The position numbers were made by a program, and so were the translations under genes. From positions 1-38,251 of the IMG/VR virus record IMGVR_UViG_3300033406_000021: a DNA stretch of 38,251 nucleotides. One strand, given 5' to 3'. Of the stretch, positions 7,811-17,723 are shown one piece after another. This DNA is from a virus. Its lineage: Duplodnaviria; Caudoviricetes. The notes beneath the pieces are model-generated. The model saw only the letters and a list, made by a program, of their open reading frames with translations. It had not been told where the DNA came from and made no database searches. The first letter of the stretch is position 1, and each line of letters opens with the position of its first letter.

Positions 7811-8853
7811 GTGATGGTTCCCAGAGTGGCCAGCTGGCCGACATCGTGCGTAATATTGGCCGTCGGGCTGCTCAGCGCATGGTCGGCTTCACCGGCGGCG
7901 ATGCTGATCGCTTCGCGCAAGCGGCTGATCAGGATCGTGCCGCCTGGTAACGCCTCACGGCGCAGCAGGTCGGTAACCTCCGCTTCGATGGCGGCGCGGA
8001 CGGCAGCCGTATCAGGCACTAGGCCGGTGATCGTCAGGTCGAGCGGCACAGCCACCGGCGCCATGACGGTGACTTGCGCCGTCACCGGCCGCAGCGCTTC
8101 GAGGTGCGCCTGCACCACGGCCACCTCGCCGGCATCCGGGATCAGGCTGGTATCGTCGTCACGCACGAAACGGATGGTCACCGTACCAAGGCCGAGTTCC
8201 TGAGGATAGACCCAAGCGCGGGTGACGCCTTCCACCTGCAGCGCCCAAGCCTCGTAGTCGTAGGCACAGCCACCCTGCGGCGGCTGTTGGATACGACTGA
8301 TGACGCGGCCACGCAGTGCCTCGTCGTCCTCGATATCAGAACCGCCGACCAGGCCTCCACTGGCGACGGTCGCCGCCGACTGCACGCCGGCGATTGGCGA
8401 CACCAGCGACAACGGCGTCCCGCCACCAAGATTACCAGCGGCGCCGGCGTCGACCGCAGATGCAGCGGCGCTGCCAGTGCCGGCGGCGAGCGTGACTTCA
8501 ACCGTGGTTGCCACCTGAACGCCGGCCGCGGTTTGCAGCACGGTGCCGGCTGGCACGACGCTGCCGCTGATGCCAGTAAAGTTCACCGCCCCGGTAGCCG
8601 CGGCGGTCGGCTTGCGCCCCTCCCTTAGCCACAATGATGCGTGGCGCTCGAGCCACTCAGCCTCCGAGGTGTCGGGCAGGATCTGGCGCGACAGCCAATC
8701 GATGTAGCCATAGAGGCCATGGGCAGCACCAGCCAGAACGCGCGCTATAACTTCGGCGTCGGCGCGGCGCAGCAGCTCGTCGGCGGACAGGCGCGACGTG
8801 GTGTCGGCCAGCGTTCGGTTGATCAGTTCGGCCAGGGTCGGGCGAGCGAACAT
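7801..8853 (-). CDS. Baseplate J / Mu gp47-like protein
   Basis: RPTLAELI, QILPDT, GG.D.EDDE.LR.R, PPQGG...DY..WA. Confidence 0.93.
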   Translation of the reverse strand: MFARPTLAELINRTLADTTSRLSADELLRRADAEVIARVLAGAAHGLYGYIDWLSRQILPDTSEAEWLERHASLWLREGRKPTAAATGAVNFTGISGSVVPAGTVLQTAAGVQVATTVEVTLAAGTGSAAASAVDAGAAGNLGGGTPLSLVSPIAGVQSAATVASGGLVGGSDIEDDEALRGRVISRIQQPPQGGCAYDYEAWALQVEGVTRAWVYPQELGLGTVTIRFVRDDDTSLIPDAGEVAVVQAHLEALRPVTAQVTVMAPVAVPLDLTITGLVPDTAAVRAAIEAEVTDLLRREALPGGTILISRLREAISIAAGEADHALSSPTANITHDVGQLATLGTITWA

Positions 8854-8864
8854 GCAAGCTCCTC

Positions 8865-9302
8865 TTACAGGTTATTCAGGCGCTGCCAGACATCGGCGAA
8901 GCGCAGTTCGGTGGTCTTGCCGGCGCGGGTCACCCTGACGACAAGGGCAAGGCCGGCCATGCCGTAGCGCTCGGCAGATACCTCGACAACCGAGGCCACC
9001 TGATCATCAATCAGCCACTGCAGCGACTCGCGGGCATATTCAGCGGCGCGGCTAAAGGTTTCTGGCAGCATCTTTTCGCGGCCAAGCAGCCACAGCCGCG
9101 AGCCGATCCGATCGCCATTGACGCCGGAAGCGGCATCGCCCCACCAGCCTTGCCTGCCGCCGTCGACCTGGTCGTCCGGATTGGCGCGGCGCCAGGTGAA
9201 GAGGCTGATGATCACCGCGCGGATCAGCGGGTCATCGTCGACCAGGGGCGAGCCGGCCACGCCATCGACGATGACGGACAGGTCTTGTACAAGTGCGGTC
9301 AT
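8865..9302 (-). CDS. Baseplate wedge protein, Mu gp46-like
   Basis: AVIISLFTWRRA, GWWGD, IGSRLWLL.REK. Confidence 0.92.
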   Translation of the reverse strand: MTALVQDLSVIVDGVAGSPLVDDDPLIRAVIISLFTWRRANPDDQVDGGRQGWWGDAASGVNGDRIGSRLWLLGREKMLPETFSRAAEYARESLQWLIDDQVASVVEVSAERYGMAGLALVVRVTRAGKTTELRFADVWQRLNNL

Positions 9303-9862
9303 TACATGTCCTGGTTCGGTTGATCGGTCGGACCACCGCTATCGTTTTCCGGATGATCGTGTCCGTTGTAGATATCCCGCATGCCGGCCATCGTTCGCCC
9401 GCCTTCATCGCAGCGATCCTTGATGTCGCCCGTACATTCGAGCAGCGGCACATCGAACCGCGCCTTCGGCGCGTTGGTCAGCAGGATCGGCAAGCCGGCG
9501 CCATCGATGACGATGCCGTCGCGCGTCAGATGAACCTTCTGCCCCTGGTCGTCGTAAATCGCCACCTCGCCGGCCGCCAGGCCGACCAGGCGAAAGCGCC
9601 GATCAGCCACCACCAGCGCGATGCCATGCGAACGGTCGCCCTCGACGAAGCCGACCGCCGCCTCGGCCCCGGGCAGCGCGTGCGCGGTGTAGCCGTAGGG
9701 CTCGAAGTGTTCGACGTTGTCCTTGCCCTCGCCGGCCAGAAGCTGGATCTGCACCGTCTGCATCTTGAGCCCGGCATTGACTGCCGAGACGACACCACGG
9801 CTGAACAGGTTCTGCAGCCCGCGCGCCAGCGGCGCCAGCACCCTGCTAAATCCACGGCTCAT
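9302..9862 (-). CDS. Baseplate spike, Mu gp45-like
   Basis: VEHFEPYG, DRRFR..GL..GEVAIYDDQG, C-terminal YN.HDH iron-binding motif. Confidence 0.92.
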   Translation of the reverse strand: MSRGFSRVLAPLARGLQNLFSRGVVSAVNAGLKMQTVQIQLLAGEGKDNVEHFEPYGYTAHALPGAEAAVGFVEGDRSHGIALVVADRRFRLVGLAAGEVAIYDDQGQKVHLTRDGIVIDGAGLPILLTNAPKARFDVPLLECTGDIKDRCDEGGRTMAGMRDIYNGHDHPENDSGGPTDQPNQDM

Positions 9863-10977
9863 TTCTTATCCCCCGGCCAGAAACTGACCCATTGATCGAC
9901 ACCGCCGATATCTGCACCGGCTGCCTTACGCTTCTTTTCAGCCGCCACTTCCGGCGGCTCGGCTTCGTAGCCTTCGGACGGGCCGACGCGCAGCGTGCAG
10001 GTCGTGCCGCTGTCGTCGAGTCGGTAGGTCACCTCGGCGATCAGCATGTCGCGATCCAGCCGCAGCAGGCTATCGCGCACGCGCACGATACGATTTGGCA
10101 ACCACAGCGAACCGTCACTCTGCCGCCAGCCCTGCACGGTGTAGGTTGTCTCGAGCGCCTTGGTCAGGCGCCTGGCGCGCTCGTAGGTCGCTCGCCGGCT
10201 GCAGCTACCGCCGTCGCTCTGCCCCTGCTGGCGTACCAACATCACCCGGCGGCGCGGGATGTTGGCGTCCTGCTCGTCGGCCACCGCACTGCAAGCCGGG
10301 CCATAGGCTTCGTCGGTACCTGCGCGCTGGCCCTTGACGCGGTACTGGCTGAACACATCCTTGAAGTCAAAGCCGGCATCGGCCTTGAGCAAGTTTTTCC
10401 CCAGTTCCAGCGCGTCAACCGCACGGGTTCGGCTGGGCGCGGTCAGCACCAGCCGGCCGTCTGCATCGTCGGTGGCCAGCACCTGGCGCAGCTTGAGCAG
10501 GCGGTCGAGCGATTCGAACGCCGTCTCGCCCTGCTGGATCTGGTGCTCGGCGATCGCCGCGCCGGTATTGGCTTCGGTGACGACCGCGATGCCGTATTCG
10601 CCAGCCAGCGCCTTGGCGATCGCCTCGAGGCGGAGGCCGCGCCACTGCCCGGGCTCGTTGATTGCCGCGCAATCGACCAGGTCGGCGGTGATGCTGCGCC
10701 CGGCAATCGACACCGACACCTGCTGATCGTCGTAGCTGACCGGAATAGCATCGACGCTGCCGGTCAGCACCTTGTCGTTGCCGATCCACACCTCGCAGCG
10801 GTCGAACGGCTTGATCCGCTGCACCAGCTCACCGGCCCCCGGCCAGCGGTCGGTCACGCTGAGCCGGAAATCACGCGCCACGCGCTCAACGCCGGCGGCG
10901 ATCTCGACCGATAGCCAGCCGCCGTAGTCGGTGCCGTTGATGCGCAGGCGCACCTGGTTGCGCGGATCGAGAGTCAT
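9859..10977 (-). CDS. Baseplate hub, Mu gp44 (P)-like
   Basis: YGGW.SV.I..G.E..AR.F, GRS.TADLVDC, GWRQ.DG.LW.PN. Confidence 0.9.
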   Translation of the reverse strand: MTLDPRNQVRLRINGTDYGGWLSVEIAAGVERVARDFRLSVTDRWPGAGELVQRIKPFDRCEVWIGNDKVLTGSVDAIPVSYDDQQVSVSIAGRSITADLVDCAAINEPGQWRGLRLEAIAKALAGEYGIAVVTEANTGAAIAEHQIQQGETAFESLDRLLKLRQVLATDDADGRLVLTAPSRTRAVDALELGKNLLKADAGFDFKDVFSQYRVKGQRAGTDEAYGPACSAVADEQDANIPRRRVMLVRQQGQSDGGSCSRRATYERARRLTKALETTYTVQGWRQSDGSLWLPNRIVRVRDSLLRLDRDMLIAEVTYRLDDSGTTCTLRVGPSEGYEAEPPEVAAEKKRKAAGADIGGVDQWVSFWPGDKK

Positions 10978-12179
10978 GCGGACAGCACCTTCAGCGGTTC
11001 GGCCGGCACGAAGCCGGGATGGTGAATCTTGTTGCGCGCCGTAATCTCACCGTCACGCGCCACGTCTTCGTACAGGTCGTAGGCCAGAACCAGGGCCGGC
11101 AGCGGTTCGGCTGGCGTCACCAGCTGCAGCCGCGCAGCGCCGTCCATACGCTCACCGATATCCTGATGCACGGCGGCACGGGTGTCCTGCAATACCGTAT
11201 AGAGCACGTCGTCGGCGGTCAGCGCCTCAGAGTCCAGTGCCTTAGCCAGGTCGCGGCGCAGCGCCACGGCGTCGTCATGAACCGGCAGCGGCATCGCCGC
11301 CACCATGCTTGTCGCCTGCACCAGAAGCCCCCGGCGCAGCAGTGCATTGACTGCGTCGGCGTTGTCGATCATCTGCTGCCGGGCCGGCGTAACCATGGCC
11401 ACCGGCTGCGCTGGCGGCGGGTAGCTCGCCACTGCGGCGACAGTGCCGGACACGGCGCGGTGATTGGCCGCATCGCCGTCGCCGAAGCGGCCGGCAACCG
11501 TAGCCACCAGCCCCTTTCCCAGGCTGAACAGATCCATGATCTGACCAGCCAGCGAGGACGGCGTGCGAACCAGCGAACCAAGCTCGCTCGACAGCCCGTC
11601 GACCGGGCTTTGCAGGATGCGCCCAACGCGACCGGCGATGCCATTGAGCTGACCGAGCCCACCGGAGAGTTTGGCCACTGCATCGTCCGAGACAAAGGAC
11701 GGCAGGCCATCGACGGAAAAGCGTTTGGCGAAATCGGCAATCGCCGACGTTTTCAGGTTGTCGGCAGCCAGGCCGGTCTTGACGCCTGGCGCCGCCTTCG
11801 AGGCCGGGAACTGCAGCTCGCCGGCCTCGACGAACACCAGCGAGAACCTGCACAGGCCGCCCTCGTCGTTGCTGTGCGCCACCCGCGCCGGCTTGGCGAT
11901 GACCTGCAGCGAGCCGTACCAGGGATGGACCAGCGTGCCGGGACCCGGCGCTTCGAGCGCGGCCAGCAGAGCATCGCGCCCCGCCATGTAATCCGGCCCG
12001 ATGATGAAGCCCGGGATGTTGATTTCCCGCGCGGCGCGGCCGAGATCCTCGGCGAACGGCTTGTCGCGTTGCGGGTACTCGAATACTTGCACCCGGCGAC
12101 CGACCGTCATGTCGTCGGACTCGACCTGGAACGGCACGCCACGGAACGAGGCCGGCCGCAGCTTGTCTTTCCATCCCAT
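10974..12179 (-). CDS. DNA circularization protein, Mu gp43 (N)-like
   Basis: W.D.LRPASFRGVPF, EYP.RD....EDLGR, GPGTLVHPWYG, C-terminal HPGFVP. Confidence 0.93.
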   Translation of the reverse strand: MGWKDKLRPASFRGVPFQVESDDMTVGRRVQVFEYPQRDKPFAEDLGRAAREINIPGFIIGPDYMAGRDALLAALEAPGPGTLVHPWYGSLQVIAKPARVAHSNDEGGLCRFSLVFVEAGELQFPASKAAPGVKTGLAADNLKTSAIADFAKRFSVDGLPSFVSDDAVAKLSGGLGQLNGIAGRVGRILQSPVDGLSSELGSLVRTPSSLAGQIMDLFSLGKGLVATVAGRFGDGDAANHRAVSGTVAAVASYPPPAQPVAMVTPARQQMIDNADAVNALLRRGLLVQATSMVAAMPLPVHDDAVALRRDLAKALDSEALTADDVLYTVLQDTRAAVHQDIGERMDGAARLQLVTPAEPLPALVLAYDLYEDVARDGEITARNKIHHPGFVPAEPLKVLSA

Positions 12180-13777
12180 CAATAAGCCCCTACGATTGCG
12201 TTGCTCGAATAGCCGACGTCGGGATTCATCGCCAGCCCAGGTTGATTGGTCTTGCCCGGCGCCACGCGCATGCCGGCCGGGGCGTTTTCGAAGCGGACCA
12301 GCATCTCGCCCTGGACATCGGTGCGCCCTGGTTGGCCGGCTATCTGCCGCAGGATCGACGGACGACCAGCGCCGCCCAGCAGAGCTGGCGCCGACGCCGC
12401 TCCGCCGACCTGCTGGGTAACATTTACCGCGCCGCCACCCAGCCAGTCAGGCACCAGAGACTTGAGCCAGCCTGCCATCTCGCGGATCTTGTCCGGCAGC
12501 CAGTTGAAGAAATCGACGAACCAGCCCTTGATCGCTTCCCAGTTGTCGTAGAGCAGCCAGCCGGCGGCAACGATGGCCGAGATCGCCAATCCGATCGGGT
12601 TGAGCAGGAACAGCCTGCCGACAATCGCGATGGCCTTGCCGACCCCCAGGATCGCGCCGCCGATTGCCGACCAGCCGCCGACTGCCGCAACCAAACTCAC
12701 ACCCAGCTTCAGCAGCGCCGCGCCGATCAAATACACCGGCGCCAGGATGTTGACCGCAAGGATGGCGCCGAAGGCGATGACCACCCCCTTGATGCCGCCG
12801 ATCGCCTCGACAACGGACTTGATGCCCACCGCCACCTCCTTGATGTCCTGCCAGACGCCCTTCCAGTCAACAGCCTCGACCCAGCTTTTCATTTCCCGGA
12901 AGGTGCCGACCAGCTCATCGGAGATGGTTTGTGCCAACGCTTTAAGGCTGCCGTCATCGGCCATCTGGTTGAGCCTTTCCAGCAGCCCGCCCAGTTCGGT
13001 CTTGAGGAAGCCGAACAGGCCGGCATCGCCAACCGACAGCAGGAAGCGGGCGACGCTGTCCTTGAGGTTGGAAAACATGCCGTCCCAGGTGCCGGCTAGC
13101 TTGTCCATGGCGCCGCCGTAGCGCTTGTTCCAGATGCCCTGCAGGGTGCTCTGGATCATGGCCTTGTTGTTGGCGTCCACCTTGGCGGCCATGGTCTTGC
13201 CATTTTCCGTCCAGGTATAGACGATCTTCTCGCCCACCTTGGCGGCCTTGATGCCGAACTCTTTGAGCCGTTCGTTCTCGCCGGTCATCGCATCTGCCAG
13301 CGCTTCGACGGCCTGCTCGAGCGGCTTTCCCATAGCCGCCGCAGCATCGCCGGCCGACTTGAGGGCGCCTTTTTGCGGATCGATGCCATAGGCCTTGAGC
13401 TTGACGAAGGCATCCGTCACTTCCTGCAGTTCGTAGGGCGTCTTGGTCGCGAAGTCGCTGACCCAGCCCATGCTGGCCTTGGCCTTTTCGCTGCTGCCTT
13501 CGATCGTCTCCAGAATGGTCTGGAACTTCTCGAACTGTGCAGACGTCTGCACCACCTTACCGACCAGCCCGCCGAAGCCGGCGGCCGCACCGAGGCCGAC
13601 CACGGCGCCGAGCGGCGCGACGATACCGCCCAACGTGTCGCGCAGCTGGGCGCCGGCGTTGCCGATCTCCGACACCGCCTTCTTGGTCGCCCGGCTGGCA
13701 CGATTGATGTTCTTCAACACCGGCGATAGCTTGTCGACCGCAGAGATCACGGCCTTGAGGTAGGCATTACCCGCCAT
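12179..13777 (-). CDS. Tail tape measure protein
   Basis: FA..TPYEL..VT.AF..L, A.ADA.TGE.ERLKEFGI, hydrophobic Gly/Ala segment; follows the tail chaperones. Confidence 0.9.
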   Translation of the reverse strand: MAGNAYLKAVISAVDKLSPVLKNINRASRATKKAVSEIGNAGAQLRDTLGGIVAPLGAVVGLGAAAGFGGLVGKVVQTSAQFEKFQTILETIEGSSEKAKASMGWVSDFATKTPYELQEVTDAFVKLKAYGIDPQKGALKSAGDAAAAMGKPLEQAVEALADAMTGENERLKEFGIKAAKVGEKIVYTWTENGKTMAAKVDANNKAMIQSTLQGIWNKRYGGAMDKLAGTWDGMFSNLKDSVARFLLSVGDAGLFGFLKTELGGLLERLNQMADDGSLKALAQTISDELVGTFREMKSWVEAVDWKGVWQDIKEVAVGIKSVVEAIGGIKGVVIAFGAILAVNILAPVYLIGAALLKLGVSLVAAVGGWSAIGGAILGVGKAIAIVGRLFLLNPIGLAISAIVAAGWLLYDNWEAIKGWFVDFFNWLPDKIREMAGWLKSLVPDWLGGGAVNVTQQVGGAASAPALLGGAGRPSILRQIAGQPGRTDVQGEMLVRFENAPAGMRVAPGKTNQPGLAMNPDVGYSSNAIVGAY

Positions 13778-13937
13778 CTTTCAGCTCCTTGTTGATGCGT
13801 TCGGCCTGCCGCTCCCAAGCCAGGAGGCGAGAGAGCGGCAGGGCCATGGTTTCCGCCGGGCTAGCCTTCCAGACGTAGGCCATATCGAAGGCGAGGTCGA
13901 TCAGTTCGTCGCCGGCGCGTCCGTACCGCCGAAAAAA
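13767..13937 (-). CDS. Frameshifted extension of the tail assembly chaperone (P2 gpE'/lambda gpT-like)
   Basis: -1 frame from T TTT TTC (13937-13931) gives ...DMAYVWKASPAETMALPLSRLLAWERQAERI, a P2 GpE-like pattern. Confidence 0.75.
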   Translation of the reverse strand, partial: FFRRYGRAGDELIDLAFDMAYVWKASPAETMALPLSRLLAWERQAERINKELKDGG

Positions 13938-14191
13938 CTGAGAACAGCCCCCATCGCCGCGTTGTAATCGGGCATGGATAGTTGCTTGACGGACGACGGC
14001 GGGATGCCGGACAAGCGGGCGATCAGCTTGCTGACCGCGGCGGCCTGCGGAATCACGCTGGCACCATTGATCGCCAGCGGATAGCCGCAGTGCTCGACGT
14101 CGCCGCCGTTCGGCTCGCGCAGGGTCAGCTGGTCGATTTCGGCACCATGCGCGGTGACCGGCTTTGTCAGGGGAATGGTCACCTCGCTCAT
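13901..14191 (-). CDS. Tail assembly chaperone (Mu gp41/gpE-like)
   Basis: Start MSEVTIPL at 14191; L.KP.TAHG.EI..L.LREP, LSGIPPSSV.QL...D. Confidence 0.88.
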   Translation of the reverse strand: MSEVTIPLTKPVTAHGAEIDQLTLREPNGGDVEHCGYPLAINGASVIPQAAAVSKLIARLSGIPPSSVKQLSMPDYNAAMGAVLSFFGGTDAPATN

Positions 14192-14547
14192 TGCCAGATT
14201 CCCTTCGTACCTTCGAACTGCAGCTCGATCGTGCCCTCTTCGCCATTGATGGCCGGCTCGCCGACCATGTAGGCGCCGGACAGCACGTAGGTGGTGCCGT
14301 TGGCCAGTTCGGCGGTGATCGTCATGTCGGTGGATTCGGCCAGCGTCTTGCGCGGGAAATCCGGCGTCACGATGGCCGTCAGCTTGATGTACGGGACGCG
14401 GGCAGTTTCCTTGTAGCCGGCTGGGCCGGCGCTGCCCATCACCGTTTCGCGGTTGGTATCGGAGGCGGGGCATTCGACCCCGCCCTGCACTTCCAGTTGG
14501 GCAGAATCCGCTTTCACGAAGCAGATCCCGGCGACACGTTTTGCCAT
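14188..14547 (-). CDS. Tail tube protein (Mu gpM-like)
   Basis: AGIC.VK.D..QL, GYKE...VPYI, TAELANG..YVL. Confidence 0.9.
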   Translation of the reverse strand: MAKRVAGICFVKADSAQLEVQGGVECPASDTNRETVMGSAGPAGYKETARVPYIKLTAIVTPDFPRKTLAESTDMTITAELANGTTYVLSGAYMVGEPAINGEEGTIELQFEGTKGIWQ

Positions 14548-14562
14548 GTTGATTGACTCCTA

Positions 14563-16056
14563 TCAGGCGGTGGCGGGGTATTGCAGGCGGAACTGGGCCA
14601 GCACGGCGAAGACGCGCAGCTGGTTGACCAGGTCGGGCGGGAACAGCACGTTCAGCCGGTTCGGGTTGTTGGCATCGCGCTCGACGATCAGGTTCTGGGC
14701 GAACAGGTCGGCGTTCTCGACGATGCCGTTGGCTTCCATCTCGGCATAGGCGGCGGCCAGCTCGGCGCGGATGACCTTGGGCGTGACGATGGCCTGGCCG
14801 GCGCCGAAGCGGGTGCCATCGTTGGCCAGCTTGTGGCGCGGGTACTTCTGCGTGATCCGGTAGCGGAGGTTGCGCAGCACATAGGCCAGCGTGTGCAGCG
14901 TCTCGCTGTCGAGGTAGCTGGGGTCCGGCTGGTTCCAGAGATTGACCTGGTAAGTGGTGATCGCCCGCTCGACGCGCACCGCACCACCACCGACATAGCT
15001 GGTGGCCGCACCGTTGGTCAGCAGGGTCTGGCGCTCCGAGATCAGGAACCGCTTTTCCTGCGGCGCCGGCAGGATGCCGATCAGCTCGCCGGTCTGCGTC
15101 GGCCGTGCCGGGTCGATGGCGATGAACTTAGCGTTGCGCGCACCGTAGGCGGCGGCGTACTCCCAGGGCGTGTTCGGCACCTCGGCTTCGTAGCCGGCGA
15201 TGGTGACGTGCTGGTCGTTGCGGGCGCTGGTCAGCGTGGTGATGGCGACCAGCGTGCCCGGCTTGGCGGTGTACACATGGCCGTATAGCTGCTTGGACCA
15301 GGACCAGCGACCGGTGGTGTCGTTCATCAGCGCGCCGAAGGCATCCAGCGTGCCGGTGTCGGTGTAGGGTTCGACGATGAAGTCGAACTCTTCGTCGCCC
15401 AGGGCCGCGAGCGCCGCCGTCAGGCTCGGATTGGTGGCGCCGGCGCTCATCGGGGTGAGCGCGACGGCCAGGCCGACCGGCGTCGATTCACCGCCCAAGT
15501 TGCCACGGTAGTTAAGCTGCAGGCGGATGGCGTTGCCAGCCTCGCCCTTGTGCCGGGCAGTAAGCGTGACGGTGCCGGCAGCCACGCCGGCGGTAACCGG
15601 CAGCTCGCCATTGGCGTTGATCACAGCGGCGAGCGCGGTGGCCACGGCGGCGGAGGTCTCGTTGGCGGCCACGGCCAGCTGCACGCGCTGGGCGCCGATG
15701 TACAGGTTCAGCGCACCGGCCGCGGTGGCGGTACCGGTGAGCACGACCGTGCCGGTCGCGGCGACACCGGCTGCGGCATCATCGAGGGCGACGCACCAGA
15801 TCTCGCCGAAGTCGTCGTTGGCACGATAGGCCTCGTGCATGCGTGCCAGCATAGAGCCCTGGCCGAACAGCGCGCGTGCTTCGTCGGTGCGCGAGACCAG
15901 CATCGGCACATTGGCGGCGGCGCTGCCGGCGGCCAGCTTCTGGCCGACCAGCAGGGTCTTGAGGTTCTGCTCGAAGTAGCCGGCCTGGGAGTTATCGACC
16001 TCGGCGTAGAACAAGGGGACCCGGATCGATGACGGGATGTTGTTGAAGCTGATCAT
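14563..16056 (-). CDS. Contractile tail sheath protein (Mu gpL-like)
   Basis: Start MISFNNIP at 16056; RVPLFYAE.DNS, FG.GSMLA.M, YPRHKLANDG, PPDLVNQLRVFA. Confidence 0.95.
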   Translation of the reverse strand: MISFNNIPSSIRVPLFYAEVDNSQAGYFEQNLKTLLVGQKLAAGSAAANVPMLVSRTDEARALFGQGSMLARMHEAYRANDDFGEIWCVALDDAAAGVAATGTVVLTGTATAAGALNLYIGAQRVQLAVAANETSAAVATALAAVINANGELPVTAGVAAGTVTLTARHKGEAGNAIRLQLNYRGNLGGESTPVGLAVALTPMSAGATNPSLTAALAALGDEEFDFIVEPYTDTGTLDAFGALMNDTTGRWSWSKQLYGHVYTAKPGTLVAITTLTSARNDQHVTIAGYEAEVPNTPWEYAAAYGARNAKFIAIDPARPTQTGELIGILPAPQEKRFLISERQTLLTNGAATSYVGGGAVRVERAITTYQVNLWNQPDPSYLDSETLHTLAYVLRNLRYRITQKYPRHKLANDGTRFGAGQAIVTPKVIRAELAAAYAEMEANGIVENADLFAQNLIVERDANNPNRLNVLFPPDLVNQLRVFAVLAQFRLQYPATA

Positions 16057-16232
16057 TTGGCTTTGCTCCCTTTGGCGGGCTTGGATTGCTGATCGACCGT
16101 GACGACATCGCCGTCGGCGATGCGGCGCAGCCAGTACTGGTCGAGGTCGGCAACGGGCCGACCTTCGGGCGGCAGGACGCCGCCCTTTTCGGGATCCGGC
16201 ACGCGCCGGCCCGAGATGGGCTTGATGAACAT
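16053..16232 (-). CDS. Small tail protein DUF2635 (Mu gp38-like), 59 aa, absent from the ORF track
   Basis: Hand translation MFIKPISGRRVPDPEKGGVLPPEGRPVADLDQYWLRRIADGDV...; AGGAG RBS; ATGA overlap with the sheath gene. Confidence 0.85.
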   Translation of the reverse strand: MFIKPISGRRVPDPEKGGVLPPEGRPVADLDQYWLRRIADGDVVTVDQQSKPAKGSKAK

Positions 16233-16246
16233 GAAAAAGCTCCTGG

Positions 16247-16837
16247 TTAGGGCGGGTCGAGCGTGATTCGCTGGCGGGCCGCGGTGCGACCATCCGGCGT
16301 CGGGTTCTCGGCGCTGATGCCGGCCGGGTTGGCGACGTCGTCGAGGTGTATTTCGGTCAGTGCCGGCAGCGCGGCCAGATCGATGGCCTGCCAGGTATCC
16401 GGATCGGCGGTGTCGTCACTGCCGATCTCGAAGGCGGCGGAGAACTCGAACTGGTACCAGAGGCGGGCGCGATCGAGGCCCAGCAGGTTGCCGCCGCCGT
16501 ATTCGATACCGTCATAGTCGTCGTTGATCTGCCAGCCGAGCAGCGCTTTCCACAATTCGCGGCGCAAGGCATGCACGGCGGTCGCCGCGCCCTGCCCGCG
16601 CTCGTCAGCGGTATTGCCAAGAGCGACGATGACTGCGAAGGCATCTGTAATGCGCTGCCGGTAGCCGGTGGCACTGCGGTTCTCGTCCGGGTTGTCGTCT
16701 AGCGGGATGACGTAGGCGCACGGCACCAGCAGGTTGGTCTTTTCCGACAGCAGCTGAAACTGGGCGGCGCCGGCGATGCGGCCAGCGAAGCTGGGGCAGC
16801 GTAGACGCAGGGCGGCGATGATCAGGTCGAGGTTCAT
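16247..16837 (-). CDS. Tail terminator / tail completion protein
   Basis: IIAALR.RCP.F..R.AGAA.F, R..LW.ALLGW, RARLWYQFEF; position between neck and sheath genes. Confidence 0.75.
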   Translation of the reverse strand: MNLDLIIAALRLRCPSFAGRIAGAAQFQLLSEKTNLLVPCAYVIPLDDNPDENRSATGYRQRITDAFAVIVALGNTADERGQGAATAVHALRRELWKALLGWQINDDYDGIEYGGGNLLGLDRARLWYQFEFSAAFEIGSDDTADPDTWQAIDLAALPALTEIHLDDVANPAGISAENPTPDGRTAARQRITLDPP

Positions 16838-17376
16838 TTGCGGGCGATCAGGGCATCTTGTAGGGCAGCGGCCAGCGCCTGGCGGGCGTTCGCCTTGCGT
16901 TCATCGAGGGACTCTTCCATGTAGTTGGCGCGCGGCGCGACACGCCATCCGCCGGCCGCCCGTGCTGTCGTTTCCTTCGCACGCTGGCCACGGCGCCGGC
17001 GATTGCTGACCCCGAGCCCCTCGCCCGGCGCCAATCGCTTCAACGCCGAACCTTGACGCACCCCGGCGGCAAGGAAGGCCGGGTAAAAATCCTTGCCCAT
17101 GGCTTCCGTTTTTTCCGGGCGGATGGCGACCAGCAGGCCGGACTTGCTGACGCGGTATTTGATCGCACGCTGCAGCGTGCCGGTCTGCTTACCCGGCACG
17201 TTGCCAGCTTTCGACACGGCCCGCCGGGCAACTTTCTTGCGGGCGACCTTGCGGATGTCGGCGCCGATCTGGCGCATGGCCTTGCGGATCTGGCGCCGGT
17301 CGAAATCAAGGTGACTATGACCTTCCCAGAAGACCGAGGCGGCGAAGTAGTTGCCGTTGTACTTGGTGCCGATCAT
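16834..17376 (-). CDS. Neck/tail completion protein (HK97 gp10-like position)
   Basis: Very basic; PG..TG.L.R.I, FYPAFL, APRAN.M motifs; synteny. Confidence 0.6.
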   Translation of the reverse strand: MIGTKYNGNYFAASVFWEGHSHLDFDRRQIRKAMRQIGADIRKVARKKVARRAVSKAGNVPGKQTGTLQRAIKYRVSKSGLLVAIRPEKTEAMGKDFYPAFLAAGVRQGSALKRLAPGEGLGVSNRRRRGQRAKETTARAAGGWRVAPRANYMEESLDERKANARQALAAALQDALIARK

Positions 17377-17723
17377 TCGATCACTCCCAGCGCCTCGACC
17401 TCAAGAACAAGAAAGCGGCGCTCACCGTTGAGATCGGACGCTCGCTTGACCCGGAAACGCTGGCCATCGTGCTCGGCCACATGCTCGCCGGTGATGGTGA
17501 TTTCGTTGATCGCTGACGTGCGGCGCACGGTGACGCGGTGCGTCACGCCGTTATCGATCTGCTGCGTACCCCAGAAAATCGCCGAGCCGACCGGCTCGAC
17601 GCTGGCCCAGACGGTGGCGCCGGCGTCGAACGTGGCATCGATTCCGAAGCCGGCGGCCGCCACGTCCTGCCACTTGCGCAGGGTGACGCGGCGGCTCAGG
17701 TCGCCGCTGCTTGGCATTTTCAT
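17373..17723 (-). CDS. Head closure / head-tail adaptor (SPP1 gp16-like)
   Basis: G.L..RVTL, TVWA.VEP, THRVT.R. Confidence 0.85.
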   Translation of the reverse strand: MKMPSSGDLSRRVTLRKWQDVAAAGFGIDATFDAGATVWASVEPVGSAIFWGTQQIDNGVTHRVTVRRTSAINEITITGEHVAEHDGQRFRVKRASDLNGERRFLVLEVEALGVIE

